From: Planctopirus limnophila DSM 3776
GTDB taxonomy: Bacteria; Planctomycetota; Planctomycetia; Planctomycetales; Planctomycetaceae
NCBI RefSeq assembly: GCF_000092105.1
Contig: NC_014148.1
Coordinates: forward strand, 3,750,001-3,782,000
DNA length: 32,000 bases
Direction of reading: 5' to 3'
The stretch's first letter is position 1. The number at the start of each line of letters is the position of its first letter. Under the pieces are notes generated by a model. That model was not told where the DNA came from, did not search any database, and saw only the letters and a program-made list of their open reading frames with translations. Made by a program: the position numbers and the translations under genes. This document shows, one piece after another, positions 8,477 through 17,442 of this stretch.

Positions 8477-9068
8477 TTGTCATCCTTTTCCTGAAAAGAA
8501 CATCGCCCGCAAAACGAATCGCAGGCCGAAAATCACACGCCGAACAATGTTGACTTTTAATCCACATCAACAGTTGCTTCTCTCGGCTAATCAAGCGTGA
8601 TATTCAACCTTTAGTCGATTAAGTTTCCATTAACGGGATGTTATTTTTCCATTGAAGAACTATTGTTAACCAAAAGTCACTAGTGAACAGACTGTTCTGC
8701 CATCTGAGCATCCCAGTTTTTATGACAGCTTGATCATAGTTTCCCAGAAGTCAACACACCCCCGAACCACGACCTCACCTGAGGTGCTGCTGAAATTGGC
8801 ACCGATCGCTGTGAAGCCGACCGACGAGGCCATCTGTTGTAACCGTGACCATTCCCGGCACGCCGACAAATCAGGCCGAAATGAATCGATGCGTACTTGA
8901 TCAACTCGGAATCGATCCAAGTGCGCCTGCAGGCTGACCCTGGTGAGACGCCACAAGCTGCGAGACTCAGTCCACTAGACGACGGAACATCATCGATGAA
9001 CAAGAGACGGGAATGATGCTGCCTGCGTGAGAAACGGGTTCAAAAAGTGGTCAGCCATGAAAGGCGAC

Positions 9069-9638
9069 TCACTCGGAGGCCTGGCGCCCGCTGTAAAAAA
9101 CGCACAGCACCCGGGTATCGGTCGTAAAGGGATTGACCAGCCGATGGGGAGTGGTGGCATCGAAGTAAAGGCTGTCCCCTTCTTCCAGCTCCAGCATCTC
9201 ATTGTTGTATTCGAGCTGCACTTTACCGGAGAGCACCAGCAGAAACTCTTCGCCTTCATGGCCCAAGGCATCTTTTCTCTGACCTCCGGCGGGCACGGTC
9301 AGCAGAAAAGGATCCATGGCTCGATCAGGGCGAACATGTGCCAACGATTCATAAACAATATCTGACGTCTCGGGATTTCGCTCCACGACTTTACGCTCAG
9401 ATTTCCGGATGACCGCCATCTGTGGCTTGCGATCCAGCCCTTCGACCAGATCGGAGACACTCACTCCCAGAGCAGCCGCAATCTGGCCCAGCGACTGCAG
9501 AGACGGTGTAATGCGAAAGTTCTCAACCTTCGACCACCAGCTGCGCGTCAGTCCGGTACGCGACGCCACCTGATCCAGCGTCAGCCGCTGATCAATCCGG
9601 TGATTCTTAATTCGCTGTGCAAGTTCAACAAGATTCAT
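9069..9638 (-). CDS. XRE-family HTH transcriptional regulator with C-terminal cupin domain
   Basis: HTH region LTLDQVASRTGLTRSWWSKVENFRITPSLQSLGQIAAALGV. Cupin-like tail with GHEGEEFLLVLSG and GDSLYFD....PHR. Confidence 0.85.
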   Translation of the reverse strand: MNLVELAQRIKNHRIDQRLTLDQVASRTGLTRSWWSKVENFRITPSLQSLGQIAAALGVSVSDLVEGLDRKPQMAVIRKSERKVVERNPETSDIVYESLAHVRPDRAMDPFLLTVPAGGQRKDALGHEGEEFLLVLSGKVQLEYNNEMLELEEGDSLYFDATTPHRLVNPFTTDTRVLCVFYSGRQASE

Positions 9639-9742
9639 GCTTTAGATACTAGCACAAGTCGCGAGGCAACAATATCCCCCGCCAATTATGAATTCTTTGT
9701 GTAGGCTTTCTCGCGAGCACCAATACAATCGCAAGAAGACCT

Positions 9743-10141
9743 TCAGACGCGTGCCAGACCCTCCGCAAGGCGATCCTGCACAATCTGAATCATCAGTGGA
9801 TGCAATCCGAGATGCGGACACAGCACAAACTCGACCTGGGGAAATTCTTCTCTCAACTGCTGGCGAAACTCTTCCAGATCAGCACTCACATGCACTCCCG
9901 CCGACAGAAAGTAAGGCAGCATCAGTAACCTGCGAATGCCAGGCAGAAGGCAGCTTCTCGCCGCTGTGGGAATATCAGGCTCGGCCAATTCCAGATAACC
10001 ACAGGCAACTGGACCAGCATAACCCGCCACCCGCAGACCTGCGGCAATCTGTAGCAGATCGGCATTGGCTTCAGGCCGGCGACTGCCATGCGCAATCAGC
10101 AGTACCGCTGTTGATTCATCTCCAGTCGATAACAAATCCAT
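9743..10141 (-). CDS. cbiX: Sirohydrochlorin chelatase, small CbiX type
   Basis: LLIAHGSRRPEAN and LPYFLSAGVHV motifs in a 132-aa protein. Its ATG lies 1 nt after the pyrF stop. Confidence 0.75.
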   Translation of the reverse strand: MDLLSTGDESTAVLLIAHGSRRPEANADLLQIAAGLRVAGYAGPVACGYLELAEPDIPTAARSCLLPGIRRLLMLPYFLSAGVHVSADLEEFRQQLREEFPQVEFVLCPHLGLHPLMIQIVQDRLAEGLARV

Positions 10142-10142
10142 C

Positions 10143-11105
10143 CTAAGCCTCTTTCGAATCGACCATTAACTGACCAGCAGGTGTATTGGCTGCCAGATCA
10201 GCAATCATAGCCCGGGTGGCCGCTTCGGCAGCGGCTTCCCATTGTTTCTCGCCAAAACTTTCTGCATAAGCGAGACTGCGAAAGGCAAAGTTAATCGCCC
10301 GCGAGCTGTTCACAATCGCCCCCAGCCCTGCGGAATCAAAGGCCGCTGCCACATCCGCAGCATTCCCACCCTGTGCCCCGTACCCGGGAATCAAAAGTGG
10401 GACATGGGGCATTTTCTCTCGCAAATCCTTTAGTTCACGGGGATAAGTCGCCCCCACCACAGCGCCAATCGAACCATAATTGCCATCAAACCCCGCCTGT
10501 AGAGCCAGTTTCTCGACGGTCTCAGCAACTTGTTCGTAAAGCGTTTGACCTTCTTTATTTTGATGGTTCTGAAACGTGGCTGCTCCGGGATTACTGGTTC
10601 TCACCAGAACATAGATCCCAGCCTCTCGCTTCTGGCACAGTTCGACAAAGGGCTGAAGTGTGTCTTCCCCCAGGTAAGGATTCACCGTGAGTGCATCAGC
10701 CGCATAGGGCGCTGCCTGTGGGTCTTCGCCAGCCAGATAAGCCTTGGCGTACGCCTCGGCTGTCGAGCCAATATCCCCCCGCTTGGCATCGCAGATCACA
10801 ATCAAGCCCTGGGCTCGCCCATATCGAATCACTCGGGCCAGCGCCACTGAACCATCGGGCCCCAACTCTTCAAAGAAAGCCGCCTGTGGCTTGATGGCTG
10901 GCACCAGTGGAGCCACGACGTCAATCAGCCGCACACAGAACTCTTCGAAAGCCGCCGCTTTTGCCGCTGCCGGGTCATCATACATTTCTTCGGCAGCCCG
11001 ACGGATTCGGACTGGCAACTGCTCCCAGCGCGGGTCGAGCCCGACCAGTGCAGCAGTTTTTTTCGTGCGGATTGCCTGATGCAGACGCGAGACAAACGAG
11101 GCCAT
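10143..11105 (-). CDS. pyrF: Orotidine 5'-phosphate decarboxylase (type 2)
   Basis: VGLDPR...., [20 protein letters not shown] and the [10 protein letters not shown] loop. ATG start. Confidence 0.85.
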   Translation of the reverse strand: MASFVSRLHQAIRTKKTAALVGLDPRWEQLPVRIRRAAEEMYDDPAAAKAAAFEEFCVRLIDVVAPLVPAIKPQAAFFEELGPDGSVALARVIRYGRAQGLIVICDAKRGDIGSTAEAYAKAYLAGEDPQAAPYAADALTVNPYLGEDTLQPFVELCQKREAGIYVLVRTSNPGAATFQNHQNKEGQTLYEQVAETVEKLALQAGFDGNYGSIGAVVGATYPRELKDLREKMPHVPLLIPGYGAQGGNAADVAAAFDSAGLGAIVNSSRAINFAFRSLAYAESFGEKQWEAAAEAATRAMIADLAANTPAGQLMVDSKEA

Positions 11106-11165
11106 TCAATAACCTGACATTACAGAAAACTCAATGATCACCACAGCACCCTGAACTGCAGGATG

Positions 11166-12167
11166 TTACTTCTTCGGGTTAGGTGCCAGGGGCTTCTCGG
11201 GAATCAAACCCGAAGCTCGTAACCAGTCTTCGCAGCGAGCCGGCCAGGTAGCAGCAGCACCGGCATCAGGGAACATCCCGAATCCATGCCCACCTTTAGA
11301 ATAGATATGCAGGTCAAAAGGCACATTCGCCTTCTTAAGCGCTGTCGCATAGAACAGGCTACTTTCACACGTCACGGGATCGTTAAAAGCATGCGCCATA
11401 AAGGCCGGTGGCGTCTTCGAAGTGACCGGCAGCAGTTCCGAAAGTTCTTTTCCTTTGGTCATATAAGCGGGATAGACCAGAATCGTAAAGTCGGGCCGAA
11501 TGTTCGCCTTCTCTGTCGTGGCCTTGTCGTCGGAAAACTCGGGTGTTTCAAAGCGAGTGCTGGCCAGTGCTGCCAGATGCCCCCCTGCGGAAAAACCGAG
11601 GATCCCGATCCGTTCCGGATTCAATCCCCACTCTTTGGCATTCGCCCGCACCAGTTCAATCGCTCTCTGCCCATCTTCGAGGGGAGCTTTCCAGTTCGGC
11701 TGATCCTTAAGGGCCGGGACTCGATACTTGAGAAGAATGGCAGTCACACCCAAGGTATTCAGCCACTCACAAACGGCCGTCCCTTCGTGCTCAATCGCCA
11801 GAATGCTGTAACCACCACCAGGACAGACAATCACCGCTGTCCCATTTTTGATGTCTGCTGGTGGCTCATAAACGGCAAGAGTCGGGTTAGCCACATTTTG
11901 CAGCCTGGGGACTTGCCGACCGGCTGTCAAAGGAGCAGCCAGCCCTTCAGGCTGTGGTAAAAGGGCTACTTGAGCCGAACCTTCGGGCCACAGCGGGATT
12001 ATAATTTTCGGTTCAGCAGCAGAGGCACTCCCCAGATTCACCAGCGCCAGCAGACTCCCCGTAATCACAGTCGTGATTCTCAAAATGCCAAAGCGGGCCA
12101 CTCGTCGAGGCACAGAGCGTCGAGGTACAGAGCGTCGAGGTACAGAGCAAAGAAGGTTGTTTTTCAT
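11166..12167 (-). CDS. Secreted alpha/beta-hydrolase (esterase/lipase family)
   Basis: Oxyanion-type VCPGGGY and nucleophile elbow GFSAGGHLA, with a signal peptide ending in SASA. The track start at 12209 is GTG, so I chose ATG at 12167 (MKNNLL...). Confidence 0.8.
   Translation of the reverse strand: MKNNLLCSVPRRSVPRRSVPRRVARFGILRITTVITGSLLALVNLGSASAAEPKIIIPLWPEGSAQVALLPQPEGLAAPLTAGRQVPRLQNVANPTLAVYEPPADIKNGTAVIVCPGGGYSILAIEHEGTAVCEWLNTLGVTAILLKYRVPALKDQPNWKAPLEDGQRAIELVRANAKEWGLNPERIGILGFSAGGHLAALASTRFETPEFSDDKATTEKANIRPDFTILVYPAYMTKGKELSELLPVTSKTPPAFMAHAFNDPVTCESSLFYATALKKANVPFDLHIYSKGGHGFGMFPDAGAAATWPARCEDWLRASGLIPEKPLAPNPKK
12103..12147 (-). repeat. 15-nt x3 in-frame tandem repeat encoding (SVPRR)3 in the esterase signal-peptide n-region
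   Basis: Units are CGTCGAGGCACAGAG, CGTCGAGGTACAGAG and CGTCGAGGTACAGAG, with 1 mismatch. Confidence 0.95.
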
Positions 12168-12212
12168 CGGCAGGTACTTCCACGAAAAGTCATGAGACGG
12201 AGGATTCACAGC

Positions 12213-12716
12213 CTACGGCATCAGGTGCCCTGTCTGCAGCAGTCGAACCTCGTCACCCAGTCGAATTTTTCCACCAGTGTGGACTTTGGCCGTCAAACCG
12301 CCATGTCCTCGCATGGCGTTATAGCCTCCCGGGCCCAGGTTTTCTTCCATACGTGAACAAGGATCGCATGAGCCAGTCCCTTCAAAAATGGCTTCTCCCA
12401 CTTGAAAGGTTTGTCCTTTCAGAGCCAGCAGATTGATCCCCGAGACCACAAAATTGCGGCGAACGAGTGCCGGATCCAGCCTTTCGATCTGCATCAAACC
12501 TGCCACAGCGACCAGATGCTCGGCCTGAATCAGCGTGACTTGCCGTTTGGTGTCGGGTCGGCGTTTGGCATGGTGATCGCCTTCCAGACCATAGCCCGCA
12601 ATCGCCAGCACTTCTTCAACAGCCACAATGTTCGACCGCCGTGCGGAACTAAGTCCCATCCAGCGAACCGTCCCTGTTTGTGGAAGAATCTGCATGAGCT
12701 CGGCAATTGTGCGCAT
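12213..12716 (-). CDS. MOSC domain-containing protein
   Basis: GLEGDHH, RQVTLIQAEHL, RRNFVVSGINL and GSCDPCSRME are typical of the MOSC beta-barrel with its conserved Cys. The ATG at 12716 follows the track TTG. Confidence 0.8.
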   Translation of the reverse strand: MRTIAELMQILPQTGTVRWMGLSSARRSNIVAVEEVLAIAGYGLEGDHHAKRRPDTKRQVTLIQAEHLVAVAGLMQIERLDPALVRRNFVVSGINLLALKGQTFQVGEAIFEGTGSCDPCSRMEENLGPGGYNAMRGHGGLTAKVHTGGKIRLGDEVRLLQTGHLMP

Positions 12717-13048
12717 CAAAAGTTTCCGTCGCTCTCTTCAGGTTCGTCACACTCTATAGATTTCAATTTCAAAACATTTCTGGCGAAGATTCCATCGAAG
12801 AGATTCCAATAAACGTAGAATATGGAACATGATCTTAGATCTTCCAACATCCATTCCGATTCGGAGTCGAGCGGGTTGGGTTAGGCTGACCAGCCTTAAG
12901 CAACCATGTTCTGGTCACTGGAAACTGGCGCTTTCCGATGGCGATCTGTCAAACTGATCATGGAACAGTTCGGGTTCATTGATCGCTCGCCCAGATCTAT
13001 TCCTCTGCAGTTTCACTTGCCAATTCGGCTGTTACGGATTTTACCGCC

Positions 13049-13771
13049 ATGTTGACCAGAGTTCTTGAACCCGAAGTCATGGATACGCCCGAAGAGGCCC
13101 GCGCCTACGATGAGATGGATTTCACCGCAGTGAACGCCGCTTTTGTCGCTGACCTGGTGGCGGCATTGACTCCTGCCGATCTTCCGTTACCCCGGGACGC
13201 CACGACACCTGTGTTCACGCCCGCTTTGTCAACGAGCCTTCCACCGACAATCCTCGACGTCGGAACCGGTACTGCCAGAATCCCTCTCGAGTTCTGCCTG
13301 CAGGTGGATTGGGGCCATATTCTGGCTGTTGATCTTTCACCCGCCATGCTCGAAATCGCTCAGGAAAATGTCCACGCTTCCAGCTATCGGGATCGCATCA
13401 CGTTAAGGCAAACCACCACCACACCACTTCTGGCAGAGGCTGCCAGATTTCAGATTGTGATGTCCAACAGCCTCGTTCATCATGTGGCAGACGCAGCCCA
13501 ATTGCTCCGGGAGTTAGCCATGCTCGTGGCCCCGGGTGGCGTGCTGTTTGTCCGTGATCTCCTGAGGCCAGAGACCTCAGCAGCCATTGAGGAACTCGTG
13601 AATACTCATGCAGGTCAGGATACCCCGCGCCAGCAGCAGTTGTTCCGGCAATCTCTCGCAGCCTCACTCAGCCTGAAAGAAGTCGAGGCGATTGCCAGAG
13701 AACTTCCAATCGAAACAACGGTCACAAAAAACAGCGATCGCCACTGGACGCTGGTCGGCAAAGCCCGCTAA
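13049..13771 (+). CDS. Class I SAM-dependent methyltransferase
   Basis: Motif I ILDVGTGTARIP, post-I acidic VDLS, and LVAPGGVLFV. ATG start with an in-frame stop at 12980-12982 upstream. Confidence 0.8.
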   Translation: MLTRVLEPEVMDTPEEARAYDEMDFTAVNAAFVADLVAALTPADLPLPRDATTPVFTPALSTSLPPTILDVGTGTARIPLEFCLQVDWGHILAVDLSPAMLEIAQENVHASSYRDRITLRQTTTTPLLAEAARFQIVMSNSLVHHVADAAQLLRELAMLVAPGGVLFVRDLLRPETSAAIEELVNTHAGQDTPRQQQLFRQSLAASLSLKEVEAIARELPIETTVTKNSDRHWTLVGKAR

Positions 13772-13786
13772 TGATCAAAACGAGAT

Positions 13787-14281
13787 CTACGGCTTCAATA
13801 GAAACACCGCTTCGACTTCCACGGGGATATTGCTGGGAAGTGAACCCATACCGACAGCACTGCGAGCCCCTTTGCCTGCCACTTCGCCAAAAATCTCGAC
13901 CATCAGGTTACTGAAGCCATTGATCACCTGGGGATGATTGGTAAATTCCGAGACGCAGTTAACCATCCCGAGAGTTTTCACCAGTCGCTCAATCCGATTG
14001 AGAGACCCCAGTTCGTGCCTCAACGTAGAGAGCATTGTCAGACCGACAGCACGAGCCGCAGAATAGGCTTCTGTCTCGAACAGGTCGACGCCCACCTTCC
14101 CGACAATCAGCGAACCATCAGCCAGCCTGGGCCCCTGCCCCGAGACATACAGCCAGCGATCCACAATCACGACGGGCGCATAAACTCCGCCTGGCTGTGG
14201 TGGAGGCGGCAGGACCAGCCCCAACTCTTGAAGTCGTCGATCAATGTCCGACGGTGTCTGAGTTTCCTGACTCTCTGTCAT
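13787..14281 (-). CDS. RidA/YjgF-family protein
   Basis: YVSGQGP....G.VG, an ARAVGL...L core and a C-terminal ARSAVGMGSLPSNIPVEVEAVF. I preferred the internal ATG at 14281 (MTESQ...) over the track start. Confidence 0.8.
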   Translation of the reverse strand: MTESQETQTPSDIDRRLQELGLVLPPPPQPGGVYAPVVIVDRWLYVSGQGPRLADGSLIVGKVGVDLFETEAYSAARAVGLTMLSTLRHELGSLNRIERLVKTLGMVNCVSEFTNHPQVINGFSNLMVEIFGEVAGKGARSAVGMGSLPSNIPVEVEAVFLLKP

Positions 14282-14909
14282 CGCTGACCTTACTCGAAGA
14301 AGTTCTGATTCCCGCAGAATGCTGCCACTGCCCTTCTGGCCCGTGACCATGCCTCACCGATCGCGGCGAGTATGCAGCACATGAACTGGCCTCACAATCT
14401 GTGCACTCACACAGCGGGCGGGATTTCTCCAGAAAAATCATCTCCGACAGAAAAACTCGCAGGGCTGGCAGTCATTTCGATCACCTGATCATCCCCATCC
14501 GGGCAGCAATCTCGATATCCTAATACGACTGTTCACCGCATTCTCCGGATCAATCCGAAGCCTTGTTTCAGCTTAAGAAACCATGTTTTCAGCCAGCTGA
14601 GAGCCAACACAATGGTATAGGATCTGCAAAATCTTGCTGTGCGGTCCGATTGTCGCGTCTAAACTGTCTAGTGTGGGTGTACTGATCACAGCACACCACG
14701 GATCGGCTGCACTTGTTCAACTCGACTTTCAAACGCTCGATCACTGACAATCTGGATTGCTAACTCAGAGCTCGGGTGAGTAGGTTGAATGAGTTAAGAA
14801 CTTCCCCGGAAGTTATTGGTGAAGTGTGAAATCTGACTGACTCAAAGCCCGACATCACACAAACTGTTCCTCACTGGCCCGTCGCCGTTTGTTTTCTGCC
14901 TGGAGTTCA

Positions 14910-15509
14910 ATGATGAGAAGTCTGGTTCGAGGTCTAATGATTCTAGCGCTCGTAAGTGCAGCAGTTGTAACTGGTCTGATGACAAAAGGAGACAAAATGA
15001 CAACCGTCGCGGCTGATGCAACCGGTTCAATCTATCGGCACAAACTCACAACTCTCAGTGGTGAACCCGTCGAACTCTCCAAGTACAAAGGCAAAGTGAT
15101 CCTCTTCGTCAACGTCGCCAGTGCCTGCGGCTACACAGGCCAATACAAGCCACTGCAAGCCATCTCGGAAAAGTACAAAGATCAGGGTCTGGAAGTCGTG
15201 GGCGTTCCCTGCAATCAGTTCGGCGGACAGGAACCCGGATCAGCCGATGAGATTCAGACTTTCTGCTCAAACAAGTATGGTGTCACTTTCGACCTGCTGG
15301 CCAAAACCGATGTGAATGGCCCCAAGGCCTCTCCTCTTTATGTCGATTTGAAGGCCCAGAGCCCCAATGGCAATGGTGATATCGGCTGGAACTTCGAAAA
15401 GTTCCTCGTCTCGCGTGATGGCAAAGTCGTGGGCCGCTACAAGTCGGGCGTCAAGCCAGATTCCAAGGAACTGGTCTCCGCGATTGAAGCCGAATTGGCT
15501 AAGAAGTAA
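14910..15509 (+). CDS. Glutathione peroxidase (Cys type) with N-terminal signal or anchor
   Basis: NVASACGYTGQY (peroxidatic Cys), FPCNQFGGQEPG and WNFEKFLV. The track start at 14889 is TTG, so I chose the ATG-ATG at 14910. Confidence 0.9.
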   Translation: MMRSLVRGLMILALVSAAVVTGLMTKGDKMTTVAADATGSIYRHKLTTLSGEPVELSKYKGKVILFVNVASACGYTGQYKPLQAISEKYKDQGLEVVGVPCNQFGGQEPGSADEIQTFCSNKYGVTFDLLAKTDVNGPKASPLYVDLKAQSPNGNGDIGWNFEKFLVSRDGKVVGRYKSGVKPDSKELVSAIEAELAKK

Positions 15510-15598
15510 GTCCGACCCTTGATGTCAAATTGGGCGTGACAGGCGTCAGCAATCTTCTGACCTAAAGTGGCATCGATGAACCGAGATAGAGATCATTG

Positions 15599-15623
15599 TG
15601 GCCCATCCCGTCGGGATGGGCCA
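15599..15623 (+). terminator. GC-rich hairpin downstream of gpx (terminator candidate)
   Basis: TGGCCCATCCC / GGGATGGGCCA forms a perfect 10-11-bp stem with a 3-5-nt loop. Only a weak T-rich tract follows (TTGCATTCTCC). Confidence 0.45.
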
Positions 15624-15808
15624 TTGCATTCTCCAATCTCCTTAACCCTCTGGTCTAGATCGTTACGCTTTTTCGATGACCCATTTGGGCGACAGAAGAA
15701 ATTCTTGCTTGCAAGTCGTTGAGAATCGGCAAATGCTGAAGTGAACATTGTTGATTCCCGGACATCACGTGCGAACGGGTTCCCAGGCGATTCTTGATCG
15801 GGCGAAGT

Positions 15809-16999
15809 ATGCAGATTCTGTTGCTCGCTGGCTGGATCATGGCCACATTCGGGTGGCTCAGACCTATCGTGGCAGCCATCAACTATCTGTCGGCCAAGCC
15901 TTATTCCAAGCGAACACTTCAATGGATTCATGGTCTTCTGTTTGTCTGTGCCGGAGTTGTGGGCCTTGTTGGCGCAGCGGTCTTCGCGATCCGCTTACTC
16001 AGCATTGAGCCACTCGCGCCATCGATCCTTGAAACTGGTTATCTGATCTGTGGCGTTGGTCTTGTGGGTTGGTGGATCGCAGATGTGATCGAATGGCAGC
16101 GGGCTTGCCGGAGATCGGTCGATGAAGAATGTCATCTCCAGTGCCTTTCCTGGAAGACCGCACTCCAGCATCATCCCGGTGCTTCACGACTCTTGGGCTT
16201 GCCCGGTAACGAAGTGCTGATGCTCGAAGTGGCCCAGCGAATTATTCGTTGCGAAGGACTGCCCGAGGTCGCAAGTGGACTGTCGATTGCCCACTTCTCG
16301 GATGTTCATTTTCGCGAAGGCATGCCGCTGGAATACTTCCGTTCGGTGTTTGAAGAACTGGGACGGCTTCGTCCGGATCTCTTCATTTTCACTGGCGATC
16401 TCCACGATGACCCCGACTGTCTGCGCTGGGTTCCAGAACTCTTTGGCTCGTTACACGCGCCGCTGGGATGCTACTTTGTACTTGGCAATCACGACTGGCA
16501 TGCCGATCATGTCAACGCCCGGATTGCTCTTGAAGATGCCGGCTGGATTGATCTGGCAGGCCGCGTATTACCACTGAGAGACCCCAGTGGTGAAATTGTC
16601 ATCGCGGGGACAGAATTCCCCTGGATGGGCGATCTCCCGCCGTTCGCCTCTTTGCCGGATGATCGCTTCCGAATTCTTGCATCGCACACGCCCGACCTGT
16701 GGCGCTGGGCTGTCGATCAACATGTCCACCTGATGCTTGCCGGGCATACCCATGGGGGGCAAGTCCGCCTGCCGATCCTGGGGCCGGTCTTTGCTCCCAG
16801 TGTTGATGGTGTCAAATATGCGGGTGGACTCTACAAAAAGAACTCGATGTATCTGCACGTTTCCCGAGGCATTTCCGGGAAGGATCGATTGCGATTTGGC
16901 TGTCTGCCAGAAATCACCCGCTTTGTTCTCAAATGCAGCCCCAGAACAGAACTGACTCGCCCTAAGGCAGCCGAAGCTTCGCACGAAAATGGTTCGTAA
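15809..16999 (+). CDS. Membrane-anchored metallophosphoesterase (calcineurin-like)
   Basis: Three or four N-terminal TM segments, then HFSDVHF, TGDLHDD, GNHD and AGHTHGG motifs. The track start at 15794 is TTG, so I chose ATG at 15809. Confidence 0.85.
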   Translation: MQILLLAGWIMATFGWLRPIVAAINYLSAKPYSKRTLQWIHGLLFVCAGVVGLVGAAVFAIRLLSIEPLAPSILETGYLICGVGLVGWWIADVIEWQRACRRSVDEECHLQCLSWKTALQHHPGASRLLGLPGNEVLMLEVAQRIIRCEGLPEVASGLSIAHFSDVHFREGMPLEYFRSVFEELGRLRPDLFIFTGDLHDDPDCLRWVPELFGSLHAPLGCYFVLGNHDWHADHVNARIALEDAGWIDLAGRVLPLRDPSGEIVIAGTEFPWMGDLPPFASLPDDRFRILASHTPDLWRWAVDQHVHLMLAGHTHGGQVRLPILGPVFAPSVDGVKYAGGLYKKNSMYLHVSRGISGKDRLRFGCLPEITRFVLKCSPRTELTRPKAAEASHENGS

Positions 17000-17429
17000 T
17001 CTCGCTGGCCCGTGTTTGACTTCGAACCGCCAGGCTTCATCTTCGAAAGGCATACTGTTGCGACAGCCCGCATTTCTGCAAGCACTTGGTCATGCGTGGA
17101 GAGGCCTCGTCGATGTGACAACCACACAGAAAAACATGCAGCGGCATCTGGCCATCACGTCAGTTCCGCTTCTCCTGGGCCTGTGGCTGAGTTGCAGCCT
17201 GACGGAATGGTGCCTGCTGCTACTGACCATCGGACTTGTCCTCTGCTGTGAAGTCATCAACACAGCCATCGAGTGTACTGTCGATCTGGCCTCACCCGAA
17301 ATTCATCCCCTGGCCGGCCGATCCAAGGATCTCGCGGCTGGTGCCGTCCTTCTGGCTTCAATGATCGCCGTCCTGATTGGAGCGCTGATCTTTGCGCCGA
17401 AACTGCTGACGTTCATCAAATCACCGTGA
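16989..17429 (+). CDS. dgkA: Diacylglycerol kinase / undecaprenol kinase family (DgkA)
   Basis: HAWRGL....., EVINTAIECTVDL and SKDLAAGAVLLASM. Overlaps the preceding gene by 11 nt. The N-terminus may be shorter. Confidence 0.8.
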   Translation: MVRNLAGPCLTSNRQASSSKGILLRQPAFLQALGHAWRGLVDVTTTQKNMQRHLAITSVPLLLGLWLSCSLTEWCLLLLTIGLVLCCEVINTAIECTVDLASPEIHPLAGRSKDLAAGAVLLASMIAVLIGALIFAPKLLTFIKSP

Positions 17430-17442
17430 AGCGAACCGATGG

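Noticed and set aside
8720-9003. Track ORFs 8734..9003(-) and 8720..8956(-) as real protein genes.
   Set aside because: Both use TTG starts, overlap each other in different frames and have implausible composition. They are kept only as a low-interest unassigned region.
14521-14530. TAATACGACT, identical to the first 10 nt of the T7 promoter.
   Set aside because: The following bases (GTTCACCGC) do not match the specificity or initiation region. There is no phage context, so this is a chance 10-mer.
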